From positions 224,001-288,000 of the forward strand of contig CAWBAT010000006.1 of assembly GCA_963786955.1 (NCBI GenBank): 64,000 nucleotides of DNA, read 5' to 3'. Numbering within the stretch: the stretch's first letter is position 1; every line of letters begins with the position of its first letter. The DNA is from an uncultured Acidimicrobiia bacterium (lineage in GTDB: Bacteria; Acidobacteriota; Terriglobia; Versatilivoradales; Versatilivoraceae). The notes under the pieces are model-generated. The model worked only from the letters and a program-made list of their open reading frames with translations, did no database searches and was not told where the DNA came from. Shown here piece by piece: positions 34,067-43,727 of this stretch. The position numbers were made by a program, and so were the translations under genes.

Positions 34067-35482
34067 ATGAAGAAGCAATTCCTTTTTGCATTCGGGCTAA
34101 TTTCCGCGTTGTTAACGCTGACAGATCCGAGACCAAACACTACACTCAGAGGTGCAGGAGGTTGTAGTCTGGTCGGACCTGACAATGCATTTACCCAAGT
34201 CTATCCTCCGCTTAATAACGGCTTGTATGCTAACGAACTGGGAAGGGGTGTTGCTGCCCGAAAGGTCAGTGGGCTCTCTGTGGGAGATGTGCTCCTGGTG
34301 GCAGCCACAATGGACGACCGTTCAGTCGTCTTCCAGCTTGATCCGTCCTCGGGTGCCCCTTTCAACTCACCCCTCGCCCCGATCCCTCTGATTATCCCAA
34401 ACGCTGCTCCGTCGCAGTATTACACCACTATCGCAATGGGCGACGTGAACGGTGATTTATTCCCAGACATAGCAGTGGGCTCTCCCACAACTCAAAAAGT
34501 TTACATCTTCCTGAGTCATGTATCAGGCGGGATCTTAACCTACCCGCATCCCCCCAAATACCCCAATATTGCTTACGACTCCTCCTGGGACTGGCAGGTT
34601 TGGACTGTCCATTGCGATTGGAAATCTTGATGGAATCGGGGGTGATGAAGTGCTGGGCGCGCCTTCTGGAGGTACAGGTCAGGTTTTCGTGTACTCTAAT
34701 GGAAACTTCAGTTCGTATTTCCCAATAAACACACAGCCTATTTCCCCACCACTCGTTTCTGGGGGCAGCTTTGGCACACAAGTCTCTATCGGTGACGTAG
34801 CCGGCGACAGCCACCCGGACATTATCGTAGGCGCAAGAGGCAGGGATATTGGGGGATACACTGATGCGGGTGCTGTGTTCGTTTTTGAAGGGCCTGAATT
34901 CTCTAATTTCCTTAACATGCATGTAGATGTTCTGAGGTCTTCCATTCCGACTATCGCGAAGGGTGACGAATTGGAAAAAGGTCTTGCTGTGGCTGATATT
35001 CACGGAGGAACATCGCCAGCAAATTATGCTGATGTTATAGCAGCCACCTCGGGAACTCTCGTGCGCAGGTGTTCACAGGATTAGTCACTAATGGTCAAAT
35101 GGCACCCTCCTCGCAATCAGACTATACGCTATTCCCCGACCCAGTGCTCTCAAAAGGGTGGGCTACTACAGGAATCGATGCCGGCATTACCGGTGACAAT
35201 GTGGCAGATGTCATTATTGGCTCACCTAATGGCTCTTCTTGCCCAGGAAATTCAAGCCAGGGAGCTGTTAACATCTACCTTTCGTCAGACTGCCCGCCGA
35301 GTGGATGTGCAAGCCCACCAACGCCACACATTATCCAATCTTACGGTGGACCTCAGAAAAATTGGCTGGCTTTCGGTTGGTCGGTCTCTATCCCGGGAAC
35401 CCAATTCTTTGTGGTTGGCGAACCAGGCCGCGAGTTTAATGGCGTTCGCAAAGGTCAGGTATATATCTTCAAGGTCAATTGA
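34067..35482 (+). CDS. Secreted FG-GAP (integrin-alpha-like) beta-propeller protein (two frameshifts)
   Basis: Signal peptide; GDVNGDLFPDIAVGSP, FGLSIAIGNLDG, FGTQVSIGDVAGDSHPDIIVGAR, AGAVFVF, FGWSVS..VVGEP..GQVYIF. Confidence 0.85.
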
Positions 35483-35635
35483 GGGTGTCCCTCACGTTTT
35501 TTCGGACGTCACGCGAGAGCGCGCGTCAAGGCAGTGGCTGGTAGTGCGCTCTCGCCGAGACCGCCGTTTCCTCAAGCACTACGAAGAGATAGGACGCTCC
35601 TGACGGAGCTTAAAAGCCTGAGACGGTAATCAGTT

Positions 35636-35928
35636 CTATAGACAGGTCGCCGCTACGCGGCTAACGACGGGCCACTGCCCCCCTTGGAAATTAGACAATT
35701 CATTAACACCTCGATTCATCGAGGGGTCTTGCGGCAGGGTTAATCGGTTAACCGTTTCAACGGTTTCCTGTGGCTACAAAACAAGAGCCACCGTGGCAAG
35801 CGTTTCCTTTGGTTCTCTATTGAAAAACCGCTAAAGCGGTTGTTTGGGGCTGAACCTTCTTGAACTTGAACCCCTCGATAAATCGAGGGGCTAATAGCAT
35901 TCGGTGCTTGCAAGATGTCAAACCTCAC
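35636..35928 (+). repeat. ~290-bp composite palindromic repeat, copy 1 (direct repeat flanking vapBC)
   Basis: CTATAGACAGG, CCTCGATTCATCGAGG, AACCGTTTCAACGGTT, AACCGCTAAAGCGGTT, CCCCTCGATAAATCGAGGGG, GCTTGCAAGATGTCAAA in the same order as 37047-37326. Confidence 0.88.
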
Positions 35929-36223
35929 GTAGCAACAGGCCTCCCGGCCTGTTGTCCGGGGCCGGTGTCCCCGGCTACAACGTATCCATTTGAATAACGA
36001 CACGCGTGGACGCCTGTCGCCGCTGGCGGGCAGGATGCCGCAATCGGTTCATTTGTCATCATTCATCATTTTCTATTTATGTTGATCCGCGTTTATCTGC
36101 GGCCAACCTACTTTTGCAGTTAAAGATCCCCATGTCCCCCGCGGTTATCTTTCAATAATTGCGGGCAGGATGCCCGCGCTCCCAGGGCGGCCCTGGCTGC
36201 GCCAACAAGCACGTTTGAATCTT

Positions 36224-36652
36224 TTATTCCAAAGGGAAGGCAACTTTCAGATCTTTGAACCGTGAGAAGTCGCGATCATTGGTATGTAAAGTGGCACCGT
36301 GCTCTGCTGCAAGCGCAGCCAAATGAGCATCCGTGGCCAAGGAACCGATGGCTTGGCCTTCCAGAAGATACCTTCGAAAAATAGCCCAATGCTCATGGCC
36401 AGGAGTGAGGATTACGGCATTAGCCATCTGCAACCACTCATCAATGATTTCGATGGTCTCATCTAGGGACAGCGGATGCTGAAAAACGCGAGGATTAGTG
36501 GCGATCCGGATGAATGCCGTTAGAGTAAACCAGGAGAAGCAAAACGGTTCGGGGCTGGAGAATGCTTCCTCCATCCACGACTTAGCTCTCCGGTGAAAGG
36601 GGCTCAGAGAGTCATAGGCGTATAACAAGAGGTTTGCGTCGACCAGAATCAT
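36224..36652 (-). CDS. vapC: PIN-domain toxin
   Basis: MILVDANLLLYA, FIRIATNPR, DAHLAALAAEHG, TNDRDFSRF. Confidence 0.93.
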   Translation of the reverse strand: MILVDANLLLYAYDSLSPFHRRAKSWMEEAFSSPEPFCFSWFTLTAFIRIATNPRVFQHPLSLDETIEIIDEWLQMANAVILTPGHEHWAIFRRYLLEGQAIGSLATDAHLAALAAEHGATLHTNDRDFSRFKDLKVAFPLE

Positions 36653-36894
36653 CGATGAGACGGCCCCTCGACCTGCTCTAGGAGTTCACCGATATTGTCG
36701 ATGATAATTCCAGGTTTGAGCCCCAGGGCTCGGGCCTTGACCCTGAAAGGCTTTGGTTTCTGAAACCGTTGGCGAACGGTAAAACCGAGGCGAAGGAACT
36801 CGTTGACTACCTGCTTGAAGGGGCGGCCCGTCCGCCGAGTTTCCTCCTTCAGCTTAGTGGCCACATCTTTGTCAAGGGTGATGGTCGTTCGCAT
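36649..36894 (-). CDS. vapB: Ribbon-helix-helix antitoxin
   Basis: MRTTITLDKDV..FKQVVNEFLRLG; ATGA overlap with vapC. Confidence 0.9.
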   Translation of the reverse strand: MRTTITLDKDVATKLKEETRRTGRPFKQVVNEFLRLGFTVRQRFQKPKPFRVKARALGLKPGIIIDNIGELLEQVEGPSHR

Positions 36895-36932
36895 AGCATC
36901 ATGATGCTATCAATAAAACATCCAGATGTCAA
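36893..36932 (-). promoter_or_regulatory. vapBC sigma70 promoter with palindromic operator
   Basis: TTGACA (36932-36927), 17-nt spacer, TAGCAT (36909-36904); perfect 18-bp palindrome ATAGCATCATGATGCTAT at 36893-36910; ACATC-CA-GATGT over the -35. Confidence 0.85.
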
Positions 36933-37046
36933 ATAGCATGCTGCCCACGAAGGATTGGAATTGTGCCCACAGACGAACGCTGATAAACGCGGATGAAAGA
37001 CTGCCTAAAGAGGGGTCAATGCAGTAACTTGAGAGGTTCCACTGTA

Positions 37047-37326
37047 CTATAGACAGGTTGCCGCGATGCAGTTAACCGCTGTCCACTTTGGAGATTGGAG
37101 ATTTCATTAACCCCTCGATTCATCGAGGGGTCTTGCGGCAAGGGTAATCGGTTAACCGTTTCAACGGTTTCCTGTGGCTCTACAAATAAGGGCCACCGTA
37201 GCAAGCGTCTCCGATTGTTCTATGTTGAAAACCGCTGAAGCGGTTGTTTGAGGTTAAACCTACTTCAGCCCCTCGATAAATCGAGGGGCTAATACCATTC
37301 GATGCTTGCAAGATGTCAAATCTCAC
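37047..37326 (+). repeat. ~280-bp composite palindromic repeat, copy 2
   Basis: Collinear, diverged copy of 35636-35928; followed by further REP hairpins to about 37480. Confidence 0.88.
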
Positions 37327-37497
37327 ATAACCGGGATCAACTTTCCCAGCTACCGTCTCATCTATTCCAATAACGACAGGCGAGGACGCCTGTCGCTACA
37401 AGCGGGCAAGATGCCCGCGCTCCCAGGGACATCCCCCTGACGCTCTCTGAAGAGAGCGTCTTCCCCCCTAAAGAGGGGAATTATTCTTCGCTGCAGG

Positions 37498-37737
37498 TCA
37501 CTCTTTTGCCTTCAGAAGATGATCGTTCTCCTGGAGAAATGTTCGGATCTCGTTGGTGAAATCCAGCAGTCTTTTCCACTGCTCTTTGTATAGTGTGACC
37601 GGAAACCGGCCGAGTCCGTAGACCGAGAGCCCTCCTTTTTCACTGACCTTCAGATAAAGTTGACCAGTCCTTCTCTGTTTTAAGGCTTTATTTTCTTCTT
37701 CCAGACGTGCCAGCTTTTGTTCCACTGTTTCTTCCAT
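37498..37737 (-). CDS. Small conserved protein (coiled coil + KVSEKGGLSVYGLGRFPVTLYKEQW domain)
   Basis: 79-aa ORF, GAGGAG RBS, 76 nt downstream of recD on the same strand. Confidence 0.8.
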   Translation of the reverse strand: MEETVEQKLARLEEENKALKQRRTGQLYLKVSEKGGLSVYGLGRFPVTLYKEQWKRLLDFTNEIRTFLQENDHLLKAKE

Positions 37738-37813
37738 AAGATTCTCCTCACTTGAAAATAATTTGATTTACTTACTTCATCGAGATTTATCCGGGTGCAT
37801 TGGCGGCACCCAG

Positions 37814-39682
37814 CTAGCGGGGAAAACTCTCAACTAAATAGTCTCTCAGCCCAGACCTTCTATCTACCTTTCGCGAAACAGACTGCATAAAAACTTCCTC
37901 ATTCCCCCAAACTTCTAAAGATCTCTTCGCGCGGGTTACCGCTGTATAGACTAACTCTCGTGTCAATAATTCAGACGATTCTGAAGGCAAAATCAGAACC
38001 ACCTGGTCAAATTCGGAGCCCTGCGACTTGTGGACTGTCATGGCAAAAACCGTCTCGTGTTGAGGGAGCCGCGAAGGCAATATATCCCTAAAGTTTCCTC
38101 CCTCTATAGGGAAATAAGCTCGCAGCGATCCCGGTTGTTCTTTAGCACTTTGCCCTTCCGAAAATATCAAACCCACATCGCCGTTAAACAACTTGAGCCG
38201 ATAGTCATTTTGCGTAATTAAAATGGGCTGACCATGGTACCAACGCTCCCTGGGTCGAATCTGTCCCACCCTGGCAAGCTCAGATTCAATGAGATGATTC
38301 ACCGCAATCACACCATAGGGCCCTATGCGCAACGCACAGAGAACGCGCAAATTTGTAAAAGCGGCAAAAGCCTCAACGATGCTGGAGGCTGAAAGATAAG
38401 AAAACAAATCACTCTGAGCCAATCGGCGGATCGATTCCTCGAAATCCGACAAGCCCTTCAAATACTTCCATGACAGTCCTTCCTCCCCAGCCTTTTGCAA
38501 AATATCCAGGGCCCCTGCGCCGTCGCCTTCATTTACGGCGACGCTTAAGCGCCCCAGGCTGCTGGTTTCATCGAAGCGATAGTTTTTCGTGAGCGAGATA
38601 ACCGGTTTCAGCTTTTCCTTTTGTGGGTCACGTGCTCTCCGAGCATCAACCTTGGATAGTTCTTCTCTCCCCACGATTCTCCAAAATTCATCAGGCGGTA
38701 AATCAGCTCCTAACGCAGTACATATGTCCCCGAAAATCGCTCCCGGCTCAACCGAGGCCAATTGATCTTTGTCTCCCAATAAAATGAGTCGACCCTTGCC
38801 AGGCAACGCAGCCACTAATTTCGCCATTAACGGCAGATCGACCATGGATGCTTCATCCACGATGACAACGTGATAGGGTAGGCGGAATTCCTCATGATAG
38901 CGCGGCTGGCCGTCTCCTTGGCGAATTCCGAGCAGTCGATGCAAGGTAAAAGCCTCCTGAGGGAGCCACGCTGCGAGCGGACTGGCTTCTCCCAAAAACT
39001 TTGTTTTGGCCCCATCCACAGCTTCTTTGAGCCGCGCGGCCGCTTTCCCTGTTGGCGCCGCCAGCGCGATTCTGAGCGGTTTGCCTCTTGCCTGCTCCAA
39101 GAGCAGAGCCAGAATTTTCACGACCAGTGAAGTCTTCCCTGTTCCGGGTCCTCCCGTGATTAAGCACAACGAGCTGCATACAGCGATTAACGCTCCAATT
39201 TGTTGCCGATTCATGCCCTCCGATTTTTCAAACCAGCGCTGGATCCCATTCCAAAGAAGATCCATGTCAACAGTTTCAAAGAGCCACTTCCGGTCTGAAA
39301 GATAGCTCGCCACTCTCTTCTCATACATCCAATAACGATAAAGGTAGAGACGGTTGGCCTGATCCAGAATGAGTGGACGGTATTGTCCAGGGAATCCAAC
39401 CATTCGTGAAAGCTTCAAGCGTTCGAGCCACGAGTCACGATCTGGACAAACTAGCCCCCGATCCTCTTCAGTTTCGTCATTTCGAATCTTCTTTCCCGCA
39501 ACCAAGGGAATATCCAGGCACACATGGCCTAGTTGCGTTGCCTGGCTGGCCAAAGCCGCGGCGAGCCATATTTTGTCGTCGTGCCCGCCCTCCTGTTTCT
39601 GTATGAACTCCGCAAAATGACGATCAATTTCAGTAAGTGCTGGCATCAAAAATGGATCCTTAAGATGTATTGAGATCGCCAT
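37814..39682 (-). CDS. recD: Exodeoxyribonuclease V alpha subunit
   Basis: GHVCL, RLYLYRYW, ITGGPGTGKT, APTGKAAARL, TLHRLLG, DEASMVD, GDKDQLASVE, AMTVHKSQGSEF, YTAVTRA. Confidence 0.95.
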   Translation of the reverse strand: MAISIHLKDPFLMPALTEIDRHFAEFIQKQEGGHDDKIWLAAALASQATQLGHVCLDIPLVAGKKIRNDETEEDRGLVCPDRDSWLERLKLSRMVGFPGQYRPLILDQANRLYLYRYWMYEKRVASYLSDRKWLFETVDMDLLWNGIQRWFEKSEGMNRQQIGALIAVCSSLCLITGGPGTGKTSLVVKILALLLEQARGKPLRIALAAPTGKAAARLKEAVDGAKTKFLGEASPLAAWLPQEAFTLHRLLGIRQGDGQPRYHEEFRLPYHVVIVDEASMVDLPLMAKLVAALPGKGRLILLGDKDQLASVEPGAIFGDICTALGADLPPDEFWRIVGREELSKVDARRARDPQKEKLKPVISLTKNYRFDETSSLGRLSVAVNEGDGAGALDILQKAGEEGLSWKYLKGLSDFEESIRRLAQSDLFSYLSASSIVEAFAAFTNLRVLCALRIGPYGVIAVNHLIESELARVGQIRPRERWYHGQPILITQNDYRLKLFNGDVGLIFSEGQSAKEQPGSLRAYFPIEGGNFRDILPSRLPQHETVFAMTVHKSQGSEFDQVVLILPSESSELLTRELVYTAVTRAKRSLEVWGNEEVFMQSVSRKVDRRSGLRDYLVESFPR

Positions 39683-39760
39683 GGACTCCGGTCGCTACCC
39701 GATGGGTCGAGCTCCGCAAGACCGGATTCCCGAAATAGTAGGGACAGGCATCCATGACTG

Positions 39761-40003
39761 TTGTAGCCGGCCTCGCTGAGGCCGGCACTGGGCCGGGGTC
39801 AACGACCCCGGCTACAACTGCAGTCGACCATCCATTAACTACTAAGTTTTTGATTTACAACCACCTCTGCCCCTCCTGACTGACCCAGGAGGGGGCTCTC
39901 TCCATTGACATTGGCCTTTTGGTAGCAACAGGCCTCCTGGCGAGTTGTAGCCGGCCTCGCTAAGGCCGGCACTGGGCCGGGGTCAACGACCCCGGCTACA
40001 ACT
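39761..40003. repeat. Two 59-bp REP doublets (1 mismatch) between recB and recD
   Basis: TTGTAGCCGGCCTCGCT(G/A)AGGCCGGCACTGGGCCGGGGTCAACGACCCCGGCTACAACT at 39761-39819 and 39945-40003. Confidence 0.92.
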
Positions 40004-40034
40004 TTCAACATCAATCGCTACAACGTTGGCCACA

Positions 40035-43000
40035 TTACATCGAAGACAAACCATCACTGAGCGCTCTAACGAGTGATTCATCTGGCAAATCCCGATAAAT
40101 ACCATACTTTGGACCTTCTGCAGGATTGACCCCTCGTAGGAATACATAATAAACACCGCCAAAATGGGAGGAGTATTGATAGTCCTCGATACGAAATCCC
40201 AGGTACCGATCGAGCGCCACGACATAGAGAAGGTACTGCAGGATGTATCCCTCCCGCCACATTGTCTCCGTAACCCTCTCCGTCGCATAGTCTGTAAAAT
40301 CATCGCCCAGAAAAGTGGATTTCCAATCAACCAGGTAATAGCGACCTTGGAAGCAAAAAACCAGATCGATAAAACCTTTCATGAAACCGGATACCGGTGA
40401 AAATTCCAATTGATCCAACAGGTCTGATGTTATTTTGGGAAACCGTTTTCCCAGGTAAGATTGGAGTATGAACCGCAGCTTCCCAGACGTCAAAAGATCT
40501 AAGGGCATGTGGAATTCCATTTCATTCAATCGCTCTTGCGCAGATATCCGAGAGAGCGAAAGGTCCACGGTGGCGCGATCCAAAGAAGTGCTCAAGACGT
40601 TTTGGACCATTCCGGTCACCGCTCCTTCCCAATCCGCATCAAAGCTGAACTCCGCTAACAACTGTCGAACGAGTGTCTGGATTGACAGGGTCGTCGATTG
40701 CTTGAAATCAACGCCTTCGAAAACCTTGTGAAGAAAGGTGCCGGCACGTGTGCCGCGAGGAAATTGGATAAAAGAAGCAGGGCCACTCATTTTCACCCTG
40801 GGACTCCCCACCACTTCGACCCTTTGCTGTATTTCGCTGTCGTGATCAGGCAATTCCACAACTCGGCGCTTTCCTGAAACAAGCGAAGTAAAACTTGCGA
40901 TCCCAAAGTCGCGCCGAATGGCACCGGCAAATTCCCTAAAGCCGACGTTTTCTCTAAGGGCAACCGGAGGTCGGTAGGTCTCATTGCTGAAATCCGGAAG
41001 GCCACTCACCTCTATAGAATTGGACGGACTGCTGCGCGAGGGTGGCCAGCTCTTGTTCAATTTGATCATCATCCATCGCTTCAAATTTCTGCCGCAAAGT
41101 CGCTAGTGGCAAATGGTTTAAATCGAGTTCAGGAGCATGGAGCAAATAGGCCAGGGGCGAGGAACCCGCATCTTTGAACGCTCCCCACACCAATGTGCAG
41201 CGATACTTTGCACGCGTCAAGGCTACGTACAACATGCGCGTATTTTCCGCAAGGACTTCCCTTCGGGCCAGTTCTTGGTGCACTGGAGATTGCTCCGGAT
41301 CAATGTCAAACATGAACCTGGAGGGGTCGTCAGGGTCGTGAAAGGAAACAAAACCTCTTGCCACAGAAGCCGTATTCCAGCTAAAGGGGCAATAAACGAT
41401 GGGGAATTGGAGACCTTTGCTGCGATGAATTGTGATGACCTTCACCGAGCGCTCGTCGGTTTCGAGGCGCAATTGATGTTCTTCAGAGGACATCTCCTCC
41501 TCTTTCAATCTTCGCTCTTTCAACCATTTGAGGATCCCGTCAATCCCTAGATTATTTTCCAGGCTGGCCGCGTGAAGCAGCTCGAGACAGTGCAACACAT
41601 TGGTAAGACGTCTTTCCCCATCCGGAAATTCCAGAAGCCGGCGACGAACAAATTCCCGGTCCAACAGCCTTCGCGCCATCACCATAAATCCGCGGTCCTG
41701 CCACAGCTCACGGTAATCTTCAAATCTCTGAAGGACCTTTTCCAATTGCGATTCGTCTTCATTTAAACGGTTTATGTCAGCTCCCTTGGCTCCCAGGATA
41801 TTCGTCGCCAGCGCCGCTTTGACTTTCCCCGGATTTCCCGGTTCGGCAATTCCCGTAAGGATGCGCTCGATCTCGCTCGCCTCATCCGAATCAAAGACAC
41901 TCTCCTGACTGTAGAGCACACAAGGAACTGTTTTTTTATTGAGCGCATCTTGAATGAGACGGGCTTCCCTGTTCGTTCTCACCAGGATCGCAATATCTTC
42001 CGGCGAGACCGGTCTTTCATTGACCCTACACTCTCCTGCCTGCCCCGCATTCAATACAGAGACGATGTCGCAAGCCACGGCCTCTGGCAATATGTCATCC
42101 GCTTTACCTTTCGGGATTGTGGCTCCTTGTCCCTTCAATTCTCGTTTCACGAACCAGAGCTTCAATGGTGAAGGATCTGGGATTCCGTTCCAAGTAAGAG
42201 CCTGATCAGCCTCCGGTCGGCCCGCTTTCACGGGTAGAAATTGAATCTCTGGGAGCACAAAAGGATGAAGGGCCCGTTCAAACAGCGCGTTAATCGCAGT
42301 GATCAGCGGTTGGCTCGATCTCCAGTTTTCCCCCAAAGTAAATTGATTCAAAACTTTTCGCGCTGCATCCAGATAGGCAAACACATCCGCCCCTCGAAAT
42401 CCGTAGATCGATTGTTTCGGATCACCAATCCGAAAAAAGGAGAAATCTTCTGGGCCATAAAGCGTTTCGAAAATGGCCATCTGGACAGGATCCGTGTCTT
42501 GAAATTCATCGATCAAGACAGCTTTGTACTGTCCTCGGACCCTCGAAACCAGCTCTGTGCAATCTTTTTCCTGAAGTGCCCCGTGGAGGTCGAGCAGCAG
42601 GTCATCAAAAGAACGTACATTCTCTCTTCTCTTTCGCTTCCTCAACTCGCTCCGGGCGAAGGCTACGAGCTCATTCTTAAGGGCAAGCGCATAACTCTTG
42701 TAAAGTGATCCGAGGACATCACTGGAATCGACAAGCTTTTGACAGAATTCAAAGAATTGATGTTCAAGAGGGTGATATCCATTCTTGGTTGCTTCCTTTA
42801 GCTTGGTTAGGCCAAATCTCTCCACGGCAGGTGGAACTGGGTAAGGATTTTCCGAAGAAAAATACTCTGCGATGGACTTCACCCAAGCGGGCACATTACG
42901 TTTGCTATAAATTCCGCGATTTAGGCCTTTGTCCTTCTCCAGCAGAGTCAAGATCGCATCTCTTTCTTCTCCCCATTTCTCCCGGGCAGCCAGATAAGCT

Positions 43001-43659
43001 ATGGACAAAGCTTCTTCCAATTGCTCACGTTCTTTACCTGACGGTTTTTGAGCATTGGGAACGACGACGCGGCTCGGATTGGAGACGAAGGATCTGACAA
43101 ATTTCACCATCGACGGGACATTCAAGTCTTTCACGAAAGTAGATTGAAGAATCATCGGCGATGCGGAGTAGAGTTCTCGCCGGTAGAAATCTTCAACGAT
43201 TTCGCGAAGTAGATGTTCTTGGCTGGTGATTAATTCGGCATCAAACGGAGACCCGCTCTCGAAGGCATTGTCTCGAAGAACTTGCTGACAAAAACCATGG
43301 ATCGTAAAGATGGCCGCTTCATCAAATGTACTGACCGCATTGAGGAGGTTGCCTTTGGCCTCATCGCGATTGGCTATGCTCGAGTAAAGTCCCGCAAGAA
43401 AACGGTCAGTCGTGGAAGCCCCATCCAGGACCTCCAGAGTTTCTCGAATCTTCTCCCGGATCCGCTGCTTCAGCTCTGCCGTGGCCGCTTCGGTAAATGT
43501 GACCACCAGGATTTCTCTGACCGGCAGAGCCAATTCAATCAGCAGTCTGATATAGAGGCAGGTAATCGCGTGGGTTTTCCCCGTGCCGGCGCTCGATTCG
43601 ATGAGCTGCTGTCCAAAAAGTGCGTTAGTTAGAGGGTTGAACGATCTTTCGAGTGCCAT
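40035..43659 (-). CDS. recB: Exodeoxyribonuclease V beta subunit (frameshift near 41020)
   Basis: IESSAGTGKT, VVTFTEAAT, IDEFQDTD, GDPKQSIYGFRGAD, TIHRSKGL, YVALTRA; nuclease domain GTFLH, GFIDL, VDWK. Confidence 0.95.
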
Positions 43660-43727
43660 TTCAATTGACGATCACATAAAAAGAACAACGATGCCGATAA
43701 AGAGGGTCCTCATTGGATCATCTGGAG

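Noticed and set aside
28549-37204. Short ORFs 28549..28809, 35740..36003, 37016..37204 and the N-terminal extension of ORF 46316..47113
   Set aside because: They are translations of REP/palindromic repeats (e.g. RTTGREACCY recurs because of the repeat)
39761-40003. Possible CRISPR array (near-identical palindromic repeats)
   Set aside because: Only two 59-bp copies 125 nt apart, GTAG-REP architecture, copies dispersed across the window, no cas genes
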